Shown here piece by piece: positions 37,834 to 47,877 of a stretch of DNA of 51,899 nt (the first letter of the stretch is position 1; the number at the start of each line of letters is the position of its first letter). This DNA is from Thraustochytrium aureum (Eukaryota), in the NCBI GenBank assembly GCA_012862495.1, contig BLSG01000044.1, forward strand, positions 41,641 to 93,539, read 5' to 3'. The position numbers were made by a program, and so were the translations under genes. The notes below the pieces were generated by a model. That model was not told where the DNA came from and did no database searches. It saw nothing but the letters and a program-made list of their open reading frames with translations.

Positions 37834-38731
37834 AGGCCGCGCGCGAGCGGCTCGGCCGTTCAGCCAGCGCTGCGGGGCGCCGTCGGGGACGTTCAAGCGG
37901 ACGCGGAGGCCGCGCTGCGGGGCTTTTGCGCCGGACAAGGCACCAAGGCTGTTCACCTCGTTCAAGGACCAGTTGGCGCTCAAACGCGCAGTTGCGGACG
38001 ACGCGACCTTCCTTGCCGCCTACGAGGCCTTTGTGCGGGACGTGGCGGGGCCGTTGTTGGTGGCTCGCCTCGTTGCGGCGCCCGACGGCGCGCAAGCGAG
38101 GGCAGCGACCGGTGAGGATCTGGAGCTGTGGTACCAGTTCCCGCCAACACTACGGATCCAGCCGGGCGGCGGCGCGGCCTTTCGCCGAGTGCACGACGAC
38201 AGAGAGTAAGTTTTTGGCGCAGATGCCGTCACGCCGGGCAAGGCCTCTGCGCGAAAGCGCCTCGGCCAACGACCAACGGCACCTGTTCTGACGTGGCTTT
38301 GGGCGCGGCGCAGGTATGGTCATCAAGATGGGGAGCTCAACTTTTGGGTGCCGCTCACCGACTCTTCGAAGACGCGGACAACGCTCTGGGTCGAATCGCG
38401 GCCAGGACTGGGCGACTTTGTCCCGGTGGAGCTCCAGTACGGCCAGCTCGTTTGCTTTCACGGGACGAGCTGCCAGCACCATGTCCCTGCCAACCCTTCG
38501 GTGTTCTGTAGGATCTCGATGGACTTTCGCGTAAGTTGTCGCTGCGCACTGCTGAACATGTGATGAGTTCAGAGAACTGACGCGAACTCTCTCGTCGACT
38601 TGAGAACAATACAGATCGGCATCGGCGGGTGCTTTGACCCAGCTTTCACACTGCCTGGCGTCAAGTTCGTGCATGATCGACGGCGGATCAAGCTCAGCGA
38701 GCTCGCTCTCCCAGATCAAGAGTCACGTTGA
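37834..38731 (+). CDS. 2OG-Fe(II)/phytanoyl-CoA-dioxygenase-like (StrG-like) protein; 5' partial; introns 38206-38313 and 38531-38614
   Basis: Spliced product: ..WYQFPPTLRIQPG..VHDDRE|YGHQDGELNFWVPLT..TLWVESRPGLGDF..YGQLVCFHGTSCQHHVPAN..RISMDFR|IGIGGCFDP.. It has an HxD...H metal triad and a terminal RxS. Both introns are GTAAGT...CTGAC...CAG and preserve the frame. There is an apparent extra T at 37924-37927. Confidence 0.75.
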
Positions 38732-39903
38732 TGAAGAATCTGCACCGATTCGGCGTCCCTCAGTGGATGGGAGATCAACCACCGTGCTGGTGGTGACGAC
38801 AAGCGGAGCCTGGAGCCCCTGGCGCCGAGCTCGGCGGGGCGAAAGGCCCACTCCATCGACCCCCCAAAGCCGCGACCGTCTCAACTGCCACCTTTTCAGC
38901 AACTGCCATGCACTGGCACNNNNNNNNNNNNNNNNNNNNNNNNNNNNNNNNNNNNNNNNNNNNNNNNNNNNNNNNNNNNNNNNNNNNNNNNNNNNNNNNN
39001 NNNNNNNNNNNNNNNNNNNNNNNNNNNNNNNNNNNNNNNNNNNNNNNNNNNNNNNNNNNNNNNNNNNNNNNNNNNNNNNNNNNNNNNNNNNNNNNNNNNN
39101 NNNNNNNNNNNNNNNNNNNNNNNNNNNNNNNNNNNNNNNNNNNNNNNNNNNNNNNNNNNNNNNNNNNNNNNNNNNNNNNNNNNNNNNNNNNNNNNNNNNN
39201 NNNNNNNNNNNNNNNNNNNNNNNNNNNNNNNNNNNNNNNNNNNNNNNNNNNNNNNNNNNNNNNNNNNNNNNNNNNNNNNNNNNNNNNNNNNNNNNNNNNN
39301 NNNNNNNNNNNNNNNNNNNNNNNNNNNNNNNNNNNNNNNNNNNNNNNNNNNNNNNNNNNNNNNNNNNNNNNNNNNNNNNNNNNNNNNNNNNNNNNNNNNN
39401 NNNNNNNNNNNNNNNNNNNNNNNNNNNNNNNNNNNNNNNNNNNNNNNNNNNNNNNNNNNNNNNNNNNNNNNNNNNNNNNNNNNNNNNNNNNNNNNNNNNN
39501 NNNNNNNNNNNNNNNNNNNNNNNNNNNNNNNNNNNNNNNNNNNNNNNNNNNNNNNNNNNNNNNNNNNNNNNNNNNNNNNNNNNNNNNNNNNNNNNNNNNN
39601 NNNNNNNNNNNNNNNNNNNNNNNNNNNNNNNNNNNNNNNNNNNNNNNNNNNNNNNNNNNNNNNNNNNNNNNNNNNNNNNNNNNNNNNNNNNNNNNNNNNN
39701 NNNNNNNNNNNNNNNNNNNNNNNNNNNNNNNNNNNNNNNNNNNNNNNNNNNNNNNNNNNNNNNNNNNNNNNNNNNNNNCAGTCAGACCCCGAACGAAACC
39801 AACATCGATCCATAAATCGAGAGCCTGCGGCATCTCCAGCAGGAGCAGGGCGAAGCAGCTTGACAGATTTGGGTGGGCAGCCGAGCAAGAGCATTGGACG
39901 AAG

Positions 39904-40824
39904 ATGAAGTTTGCGGCGGCTCTCGTGGCGGTCGCGGCGTGCGCAGTCGGCGGCGCTACGGGTGAGAGCCTCCGGAACAAGGTCGTTGCGGAGCTCTCGG
40001 AGGACAGGAGGAGGCGCGCAAGCAACGAGCCTGGGATCTGCCAGCAAGTGCGCGACTTTGGGATCGCGGCGGATTTCTCGTCCTGCTCGACCGTGTCTGG
40101 CGCCTCGGACACGGGGGTGGGTACCGGGCTCGTCAACCAGAACGCTGGGTCCTGTGACCAGTACAACACTGGTGGCGGCGATGACTCGCGCTCTGCCAGC
40201 TTGACTTACAGCGAGGCCCGCACCAAGTGCCAGGAAGACCAGGGCTGCCAGTGGTACGCGCCGCCCAACTCGGCGAAGAACAAGCACAAGTGCCAGGCCA
40301 ACCCCTGCTTTCGTATCAACAACGGCCGCTGCACGATTCAGAACACCGGCGGCCGCTGCGTATGGTGGTCGCGCGAGGACAACCAAAAGTTTTTCGGCCG
40401 CAATTTCCCCGGCTGCTACGAGAGCCCCTGCCAGCACCCGATCCAGAACAACGCCAACGGGTGCAAGCGGAGCAACAAGCTCTTGCCATACCAGTACTGG
40501 AAGGACCAGGAGGAGGGCAAGGACGTCGCGCAGTACTTTGTCGACAGCCCGTACCAGTGCGAGTGGTGCTCAGGCGGGTACGGATGCCAGAACGCCAGGA
40601 TGGAGTCCGTCGCACAGTGCTGGAACATCGGCGGCACGGTGATCCCGGGCGTGGCCAGCAGCGGGCCCTATCAAGGCTGCTCCAACTGCAAGACCGATCT
40701 GGGCCAGGATTGCCCCTCGCAGGCTTGCAAGGACCAGTGCTGCGACTCCCCCTACTGCAAGTGCATCTTTGATCGCACGCAGTCCGACACCGGGCTCAAC
40801 ATCAACACAGGCCGGAACTCGTGA
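39904..40824 (+). CDS. Secreted cysteine-rich pre-pro-protein (306 aa), unknown function
   Basis: Signal peptide MKFAAALVAVAACAVGGATG, then an RRRR processing site and 24 Cys in the predicted mature part; strong G/C-ending codon bias. Confidence 0.8.
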   Translation: MKFAAALVAVAACAVGGATGESLRNKVVAELSEDRRRRASNEPGICQQVRDFGIAADFSSCSTVSGASDTGVGTGLVNQNAGSCDQYNTGGGDDSRSASLTYSEARTKCQEDQGCQWYAPPNSAKNKHKCQANPCFRINNGRCTIQNTGGRCVWWSREDNQKFFGRNFPGCYESPCQHPIQNNANGCKRSNKLLPYQYWKDQEEGKDVAQYFVDSPYQCEWCSGGYGCQNARMESVAQCWNIGGTVIPGVASSGPYQGCSNCKTDLGQDCPSQACKDQCCDSPYCKCIFDRTQSDTGLNINTGRNS

Positions 40825-41455
40825 GCGTGGCTCGGCCGCGCGCCCGCCGCGCAAGGTGCCAAGGCCCGTAGGTATGCAACCCCACAATTGCAACGCAGTG
40901 ACGTTTTCTCACCAATAGTNNNNNNNNNNNNNNNNNNNNNNNNNNNNNNNNNNNNNNNNNNNNNNNNNNNNNNNNNNNNNNNNNNNNNNNNNNNNNNNNN
41001 NNNNNNNNNNNNNNNNNNNNNNNNNNNNNNNNNNNNNNNNNNNNNNNNNNNNNNNNNNNNNNNNNNNNNNNNNNNNNNNNNNNNNNNNNNNNNNNNNNNN
41101 NNNNNNNNNNNNNNNNNNNNNNNNNNNNNNNNNNNNNNNNNNNNNNNNNNNNNNNNNNNNNNNNNNNNNNNNNNNNNNNNNNNNNNNNNNNNNNNNNNNN
41201 NNNNNNNNNNNNNNNNNNNNNNNNNNNNNNNNNNNNNNNNNNNNNNNNNNNNNNNNNNNNNNNNNNNNNNNNNNNNNNNNNNNNNNNNCCTCGCGCACGT
41301 CCGGGGATGCCTTGTCGTTGCTTGCCGTCCGCCGCCCATGTCGCCCACGCGCTCCTTCATGGCCCGCAGTCATGGGCAGCAAGGGCGAACACCCATGATT
41401 CGTCGCGGCCATGCACGTATTCCTCGTGGCGGGCGCGCGGCAGGCGCTCTCGAGA

Positions 41456-41540
41456 GCCAGCCAGCCAGCCAGCCAGCGGCCAGCCAGCGGCCAGCCAGCG
41501 GCCAGCCAGCGGCCAGCCGGCCAGCCAGCCAGCCGGCCAA
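41456..41540. repeat. (GCCA)n / (GCCAGCCAGCG)n compound microsatellite upstream of an ankyrin gene
   Basis: Tandem GCCA units interleaved with an 11-nt higher-order unit. Confidence 0.9.
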
Positions 41541-41618
41541 CCAGGCAAGCTAGAGAGGGCGGTCGTGCTGGCCCGTTCGCGCGGCAGGTCGGCCCGCTTG
41601 TGACGACCACGACTGGAA

Positions 41619-42608
41619 ATGGCTGATGTGGAGGACGGCCAAGCGCTCGCGCGCAACCTGGGGGCCAAACTGCGCGGCGCCGCTCGTGACAACTTGCTCG
41701 GAGACCCGACAAGGGCGTACAAGGCGCCGGGGGAGGACCGCCGGCCGGTGAGCGCCGCCCAGGTGAATGCGGGGCTCGAGCAGCTGGCAAAGATGCTTCA
41801 ACCCGCGCTCGACGAGGCAGACGACGGCTACAGCACCCTCGAACAGCCCTTCAGGCGCGTCGAGGCGCGCGGCAAGGCTTTCTGGGTCGTTTCCATTCTC
41901 AAGGAAGAGGAAGAAGACGAGTTTGGTTTCAACGGGGACGCAGGCAGCGGTGAGCCGCAAGACAGCCCTCCCCCTCGGCACCACTCGGCGGTTGACTGCG
42001 CCACAGGAGATCTCTGGGGCATCAACGAGGCCGAGGAGCCGATCTGGGCCGAGGGCGTCCGGGCCAACGTGACCGAGCCCGCCTCGCTCGAGGCCTGCTT
42101 AAACCCGAAGACAGGCATGCTGACCTTAGTTGGCTTCACCGTCCCAGTCCTCGTTTGGTCCATCGGCGTTCCGGTGGACGCCGAAAACGCGTTCGGAGAG
42201 ACCGCGCTTATGCAGGCGGCTCGATGCGGCCACCTGGCGATGGTCACATGGCTCATAGAGGAGGGTGGGGCCGACCCGTCACGGACTACGCGGGCAGAGG
42301 TGACCGCTTTGATGCTTGCCGCGGAGCAGGGGTCGGAGAACCACGAGCCGATCGTCCGGATGCTGGCGAGCCATCCCCGAGGCCGGCTGAACCACCAAAA
42401 CGCTTGGGGGGCGACGGCGTTGCACGTTGTCGCCTTCCGCGGCAACCTCTCCATGTGCCGCATCTTGCTCGAGTGCGGCGCGCGCTCCGACCTGAAGGAC
42501 GGCGACGGCAAGGTGCCGGCCGATTACACGCGCGAGACCACGAGCTACGTCTCGCCCTCGGGCGCCGAACACTACAACCCCGAGGTGGAGGCCCTCCTCG
42601 CCGACTAA
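41619..42608 (+). CDS. Ankyrin repeat protein
   Basis: NAFGETALMQAARCGHLAMVTWLI, TALMLAAEQG, NAWGATALHVVAFRGNLSMCRILLECGA and DGDGKVPAD. Confidence 0.88.
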   Translation: MADVEDGQALARNLGAKLRGAARDNLLGDPTRAYKAPGEDRRPVSAAQVNAGLEQLAKMLQPALDEADDGYSTLEQPFRRVEARGKAFWVVSILKEEEEDEFGFNGDAGSGEPQDSPPPRHHSAVDCATGDLWGINEAEEPIWAEGVRANVTEPASLEACLNPKTGMLTLVGFTVPVLVWSIGVPVDAENAFGETALMQAARCGHLAMVTWLIEEGGADPSRTTRAEVTALMLAAEQGSENHEPIVRMLASHPRGRLNHQNAWGATALHVVAFRGNLSMCRILLECGARSDLKDGDGKVPADYTRETTSYVSPSGAEHYNPEVEALLAD

Positions 42609-42992
42609 CAGAAAACCACTGCACACATTTGCACGCATTCGCGCGCGTTTGGCGCGCGTTTGGCGCGCCTTGCACCGCCGATGCCCGGGCCACCGGCCGG
42701 CCAGCCATCCACCTCGACGTCCACGCTGCGCAGGACGACGACATTGGCGAAACGGGTCTGCGGCCCTCAATCAATCCCCTCGCACAATAGCGGGGCCGCG
42801 ACAGACCCATCGGTCATCAGCCACCACCAGCAGCAATCCGCTCAGGAAGGAGCCCAGCAGCAGGAGAAAGGCGCGCAAGGGCAGAGCGCAGAGTTAGCCT
42901 TGGCGAGATTGGCGCCCCCTCCTCGCCCGAAGGAAGCCCGCGCTCGCTGCGTTGAACGCGCAAGGCGAACAAGGTAAAGTGCGCGCGCCAAG

Positions 42993-43301
42993 ATGGAAGC
43001 CGCCGCCGCGCTGCCCGACCACCTCCGCGCCGAGTTCATGCAGTCCCTGCAGGAGCAGCAGGTGCGGCAGCAGCTGCAGCTGTACGCGCGCCTCACGGAC
43101 CAGTGCTTTCGCGACTGCGTGAGCACGTTTCGCAGCAAAAACCTGTCGTCCGAGGAGGAGACGTGCGTCGCGAACTGCGGCAGCCTCTTTCTCACCGCGT
43201 CCAAGCGCTTTGGGGAGAGGTTTAGCGAGATCCAGGCACGCGACCACCAGTCGCAGATGGCGGCAGCCCAAGGCCAGATGGGGGGCCAGCAGCCGCAGTG
43301 A
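42993..43301 (+). CDS. TIM9: Small Tim chaperone of the mitochondrial intermembrane space, Tim9-like
   Basis: Twin CX3C motif (CFRDC...CVANC) within LYARLTDQCFRDCVSTFRSKNLSSEEETCV, followed by RFGERFSE. Confidence 0.85.
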   Translation: MEAAAALPDHLRAEFMQSLQEQQVRQQLQLYARLTDQCFRDCVSTFRSKNLSSEEETCVANCGSLFLTASKRFGERFSEIQARDHQSQMAAAQGQMGGQQPQ

Positions 43302-43584
43302 GCTTGTGCAGGTACCAACTCGAAACGACATTTTTCTCTCTTTTGCTTTTGCTTTGGCGTTTGCTCTGGTTGCGAGCGCAAGGGAGAAGGGCCAGGTCAA
43401 CCCGGTGGCTCGCCGGCGTTTCCTCGGCGGCTCCTGAGCCGCTGCGAGGGAGGGTACCACTTCACTTAAGATGAACAACTTCACTTTTGTGATCAACAGC
43501 AGCTCCTGTCGTTTTAGCGTCGCGTAGAGTATCAACCCACCCAAATGGAGTACATCAACAGCAGCAATTGTATGCCGGTGCCGA

Positions 43585-46352
43585 TCAGCGCGGCGGTTTG
43601 AAAAACCGCAGAATCGACGGCTGCCCGCGCGCCTGCTTTGTAGCGGCATTTTTCTTGCTGGAGGCGCTCCTTGGGCCGTCCAAAGGGACCTTGATGCGGC
43701 GCGTTTGCCGCTTCCGTAGCCGACCTGACTGCGAGCTCGCCCAGCTCTGGCCAGAGCTCAACCCCGGACTCGCCTCCGGGTCGTTAATGTCGTCCACTTC
43801 GTCAGATGCAACCGCGACACTGTTGCCCGCACCGTCGGTCGACTTGCTCAAAGGCAGGCGAGGGCTCCGTCGCGTTGCCGTTACGCGCTTTCTCGCAGCA
43901 AACTGGCCGCGGGCTGGGCTGCCCACCAAAGCGCCCGCGCTCCGCCTTCGCTTGGGCGAGACGTACACGCATTCGTCTTCGGGAGGCCCCGGGACGAGTG
44001 CCTTGCCCGTGCGCTTGCCCCGACCCGCGCTAGCGGCTTCGACCTCTTTGCCCTGCTTTCGGTGTAGCTCTGCGAGCCACTCTGGGCAAGACCCTCTCCT
44101 CGCCAACTCTGGCCCCGCAAGAACAACTTTACTATCTCGATCATCGCCGACTCCATCTTCATCCATGGTCTCGTCGGCCTCCTCCTCCAGGCCGAGCTCC
44201 GCGACGGCCTCACTCGCGCTCGCATCGCGAGAGGCCAATCTCGTCTTCTGTTTGGCGCTCGATTCGCCGAAAAGGTCGATCGAGGATTCATCGTCGTCGT
44301 CGTCGCACTCACCCGTGTTTATGGCAAGCGGAGGCTCTTCGGCGTCGCGACCTTCGAGGCCCGCAATTTGGCCACCTGCTGAAGCCCTGCTCACGAAAGC
44401 AGGCGCCTCGAAGGAAGGCGTCGCAGGGCGCACCGACTGCTTGCCCCCCACGACCAGCGGCAAGTCGCGCTCGGTTGTTGCCGCGGGGCCCGTTGACTGG
44501 CCGCGAGGAGAAGCTTGAGTCTGCCGATCGTCCGACGCGACCCGCGCTGACGCGCGACCGACACTGACCATCATGTGTTGTGCCCCTTGGCGCGAGCGGC
44601 GCAGATGTTCCGGCTTTGCACCTGGGTTCCCCTCGGACCCAGAGCTGCCCGACTCGCTGTCCGATTCACCGAGCAAGTCATCAAGATCGACACCTTGGGT
44701 CTGTAAATAGTGTATACGCGGGGAGCGCTTGGCCATGGCCGGAGGAGAAGTCTGGCGCGTGTTGGTGTCCGCTGTAGACAGAGGTATGCTGGGCGGCGAT
44801 CGCTGCGCTGCACCGTGCGCCCCAACGCGGCTTGCAGCTGGCGCGTGGTCGCGCTTATTTCACTGTGCTGAACCGTGCCATCTGGCGCGCTCGGCACAGC
44901 CAGGCACTGGGAGCGACTCTCTTGGCTTGCTGCCAAGAGCGGAGGCTGAGCCAAAGCCGGGCGAGCCGCGGTGCTCGTTCTCCCCGCACTGCTTTGCCCA
45001 CGTTTCAGCGGCTTNNNNNNNNNNNNNNNNNNNNNNNNNNNNNNNNNNNNNNNNNNNNNNNNNNNNNNNNNNNNNNNNNNNNNNNNNNNNNNNNNNNNNN
45101 NNNNNNNNNNNNNNNNNNNNNNNNNNNNNNNNNNNNNNNNNNNNNNNNNNNNNNNNNNNNNNNNNNNNNNNNNNNNNNNNNNNNNNNNNNNNNNNNNNNN
45201 NNNNNNNNNNNNNNNNNNNNNNNNNNNNNNNNNNNNNNNNNNNNNNNNNNNNNNNNNNNNNNNNNNNNNNNNNNNNNNNNNNNNNNNNNNNNNNNNNNNN
45301 NNNNNNNNNNNNNNNNNNNNNNNNNNNNNNNNNNNNNNNNNNNNNNNNNNNNNNNNNNNNNNNNNNNNAAGTCCTGGCAGTCTGGGTCCCCTGCGCTGGC
45401 AGGCTTCGGAGCTAGAGCGGGCGCCATGCTCGGTGGTGCGGCCGCGCATTCTTCAGGCCTGTCATCGGCACTAATATCAGCTTGTGCGGGCACCGGAGCC
45501 TGCGGCAATCTAGCGCTCGCGCCGCAGGGCCACTGCTAACTGGCCCCCGTCCCCGTCATCGTCCACAACGGTTGCTTGGTCGGAGCTATCTTGCGTGGCT
45601 TCTTGCGCCAAGGCCGAGTCCAGCGTGTCGCCGGTGGGGTCGTCAAACTCATCGAACAGGGGGGCCGCGGTCGGCACTCGCAACGAATCAGCGCGCCCCA
45701 TGACCTGCGAGATGCTGTCTTCCATCCCGATTGTTGCCACCGAATCCTGCGAGAGCGTTGTCGTCATGTCGCATTGGCCTGGGAACGGGTTCGCGCCTTC
45801 GGGTTGGGTCGGAGGGACAACCGTATTGTCACCAAACCTGGCTCGCCGACCAGCGTCGGGCTCGCGGTTTCCAGGGGGGGCTGGCGGCACGTTTCCAGGC
45901 GGCTTTTCCGAGGCGGCTGCGACGTCCTCGGCTTCTTCCTCCTCATCGGCGTCATCAAGGCCCTCCTCGCAGTGAACTGGGACAGTAGGCGGCACCTCGT
46001 TGTCCTCGCTACGAGCTCCATCGTGCGCCGTTTTCGCCCTTCGAGCCGAATCATCGCCCGCGTTGGCAGAGGCCTCGGAGAGCAGGTCGAACTCAGGGTC
46101 AAAGTCGTCCTCCTCCTCGACCAAACTCTCCAGCGTCGCAGGCAAGGCGTTGCGCCTTGACGCCACTTTCGAGGAAGACCCAGGTGCCGCAAGCCGATTT
46201 GGGCTCCGCCCAGCGAACGTGTTGGTCCCAACCGTGGACTGTGACGCAAGCGACATGTCAAAGTTGGGCATGGGCAGCTCCTGGCCCGGGGCGCGCTGCG
46301 GCGCCTGCGACCGGGCATCTGCGCGCCTCGATGCGAGACCATTGTCCCCCAT
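43585..46352 (-). CDS. Intrinsically disordered protein with SQ/TQ sites and a C-terminal PCNA-interacting (PIP) box; spans a gap and several apparent frameshifts
   Basis: ORFs 45510-46352, 45005-45508, 44571-45449 and 43585-44736 share a low-complexity acidic/Ser/Pro composition. They join by single-base homopolymer corrections at 45544-48, 45507-08 and 44858-60. The product ends in QPSILRFFKPPR*. The single-gene model is inferred. Confidence 0.55.
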
Positions 46353-47389
46353 GGGGCTTTCGCCAGCCAGCCGGCCCCAACCAGCTTACAGGGTCGACCA
46401 GACCAACCCTGCTCCGTCACCGCGCGGCCGCACAGCAATTCAAAAAACAAAAGCAAAAAGNNNNNNNNNNNNNNNNNNNNNNNNNNNNNNNNNNNNNNNN
46501 NNNNNNNNNNNNNNNNNNNNNNNNNNNNNNNNNNNNNNNNNNNNNNNNNNNNNNNNNNNNNNNNNNNNNNNNNNNNNNNNNNNNNNNNNNNNNNNNNNNN
46601 NNNNNNNNNNNNNNNNNNNNNNNNNNNNNNNNNNNNNNNNNNNNNNNNNNNNNNNNNNNNNNNNNNNNNNNNNNNNNNNNNNNNNNNNNNNNNNNNNNNN
46701 NNNNNNNNNNNNNNNNNNNNNNNNNNNNNNNNNNNNNNNNNNNNNNNNNNNNNNNNNNNNNNNNNNNNNNNNNNNNNNNNNNNNNNNNNNNNNNNNNNNN
46801 NNNNNNNNNNNNNNNNNNNNNNNNNNNNNNNNNNNNNNNNNNNNNNNNNNNNNNNNNNNNNNNNNNNNNNNNNNNNNNNNNNNNNNNNNNNNNNNNNNNN
46901 NNNNNNNNNNNNNNNNNNNNNNNNNNNNNNNNNNNNNNNNNNNNNNNNNNNNNNNNNNNNNNNNNNNNNNNNNNNNNNNNNNNNNNNNNNNNNNNNNNNN
47001 NNNNNNNNNNNNNNNNNNNNNNNNNNNNNNNNNNNNNNNNNNNNNNNNNNNNNNNNNNNNNNNNNNNNNNNNNNNNNNNNNNNNNNNNNNNNNNNNNNNN
47101 NNNNNNNNNNNNNNNNNNNNNNNNNNNNNNNNNNNNNNNNNNNNNNNNNNNNNNNNNNNNNNNNNNNNNNNNNNNNNNNNNNNNNNNNNNNNNNNNNNNN
47201 NNNNNNNNNNNNNNNNNNNNNNNNNNNNNNNNNNNNNNNNNNNNNNNNNNNNNNNNNNNNNNNNNNNNNNNNNNNNNNNNNNNNNNNNNNNNNNNNNNNN
47301 NNNNNNNNNNNNNNNNNNNNNNNNNNNNNNNNNNNNNNNNNNNNNNNNNNNNNNNNNNNNNNNNNNNNNNNNNNNNNNNNNNNNNNNNC

Positions 47390-47509
47390 CCTGACCTGTC
47401 CAAACTGCAGGGCGAGCGCGAGATCAAGGTGTTTGGGGGCAGCGCGCTGAGCGGCGAAGGGGTCTTCGAGGCGCTCGAGTGGTTGTGTTCGCGTATGAAG
47501 CGGGTCTGA
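47390..47509 (+). CDS. C-terminal fragment of an Arf/Arl-family small GTPase (rest lies in the gap)
   Basis: DLSKLQGEREIKVFGGSALSGEGVFEALEWLCSRMK* resembles the Arf/Arl G5 region xSAxxGxGxxExxxWL. Confidence 0.7.
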   Translation, partial: PDLSKLQGEREIKVFGGSALSGEGVFEALEWLCSRMKRV

Positions 47510-47877
47510 TTGATTCAGTAGTTGACGACCGGCCGCTGTGCCCTCGAGGCGGCAAGGGAGGCGTGTATGTACTCTAGCACACACCGTACCCCACACTGCA
47601 CGCCCCTGCTCCTCGACTGCTGTGCGTCAACGGAAAGCCCTTGTCGTTCCTCTGCAGCCAGACCGACGACGCCCTTGGAGGGCGTCGCAGCGCGCAGAGC
47701 CGCTGCACAGGTGATAAATCCGAAAGAACAGAACAATTACTAGTACAACCTGCATTTGGGCTGCTACGGAATGGCCAGCGAGAGCGAGCGCGAGAGCGCC
47801 GTGCACCGGGAAGGGCGCGCGCGTGAGCAACCCCCCCCGCGCAGCGCAAGGACCGCGAGCACGCGACCACGTCGCCT

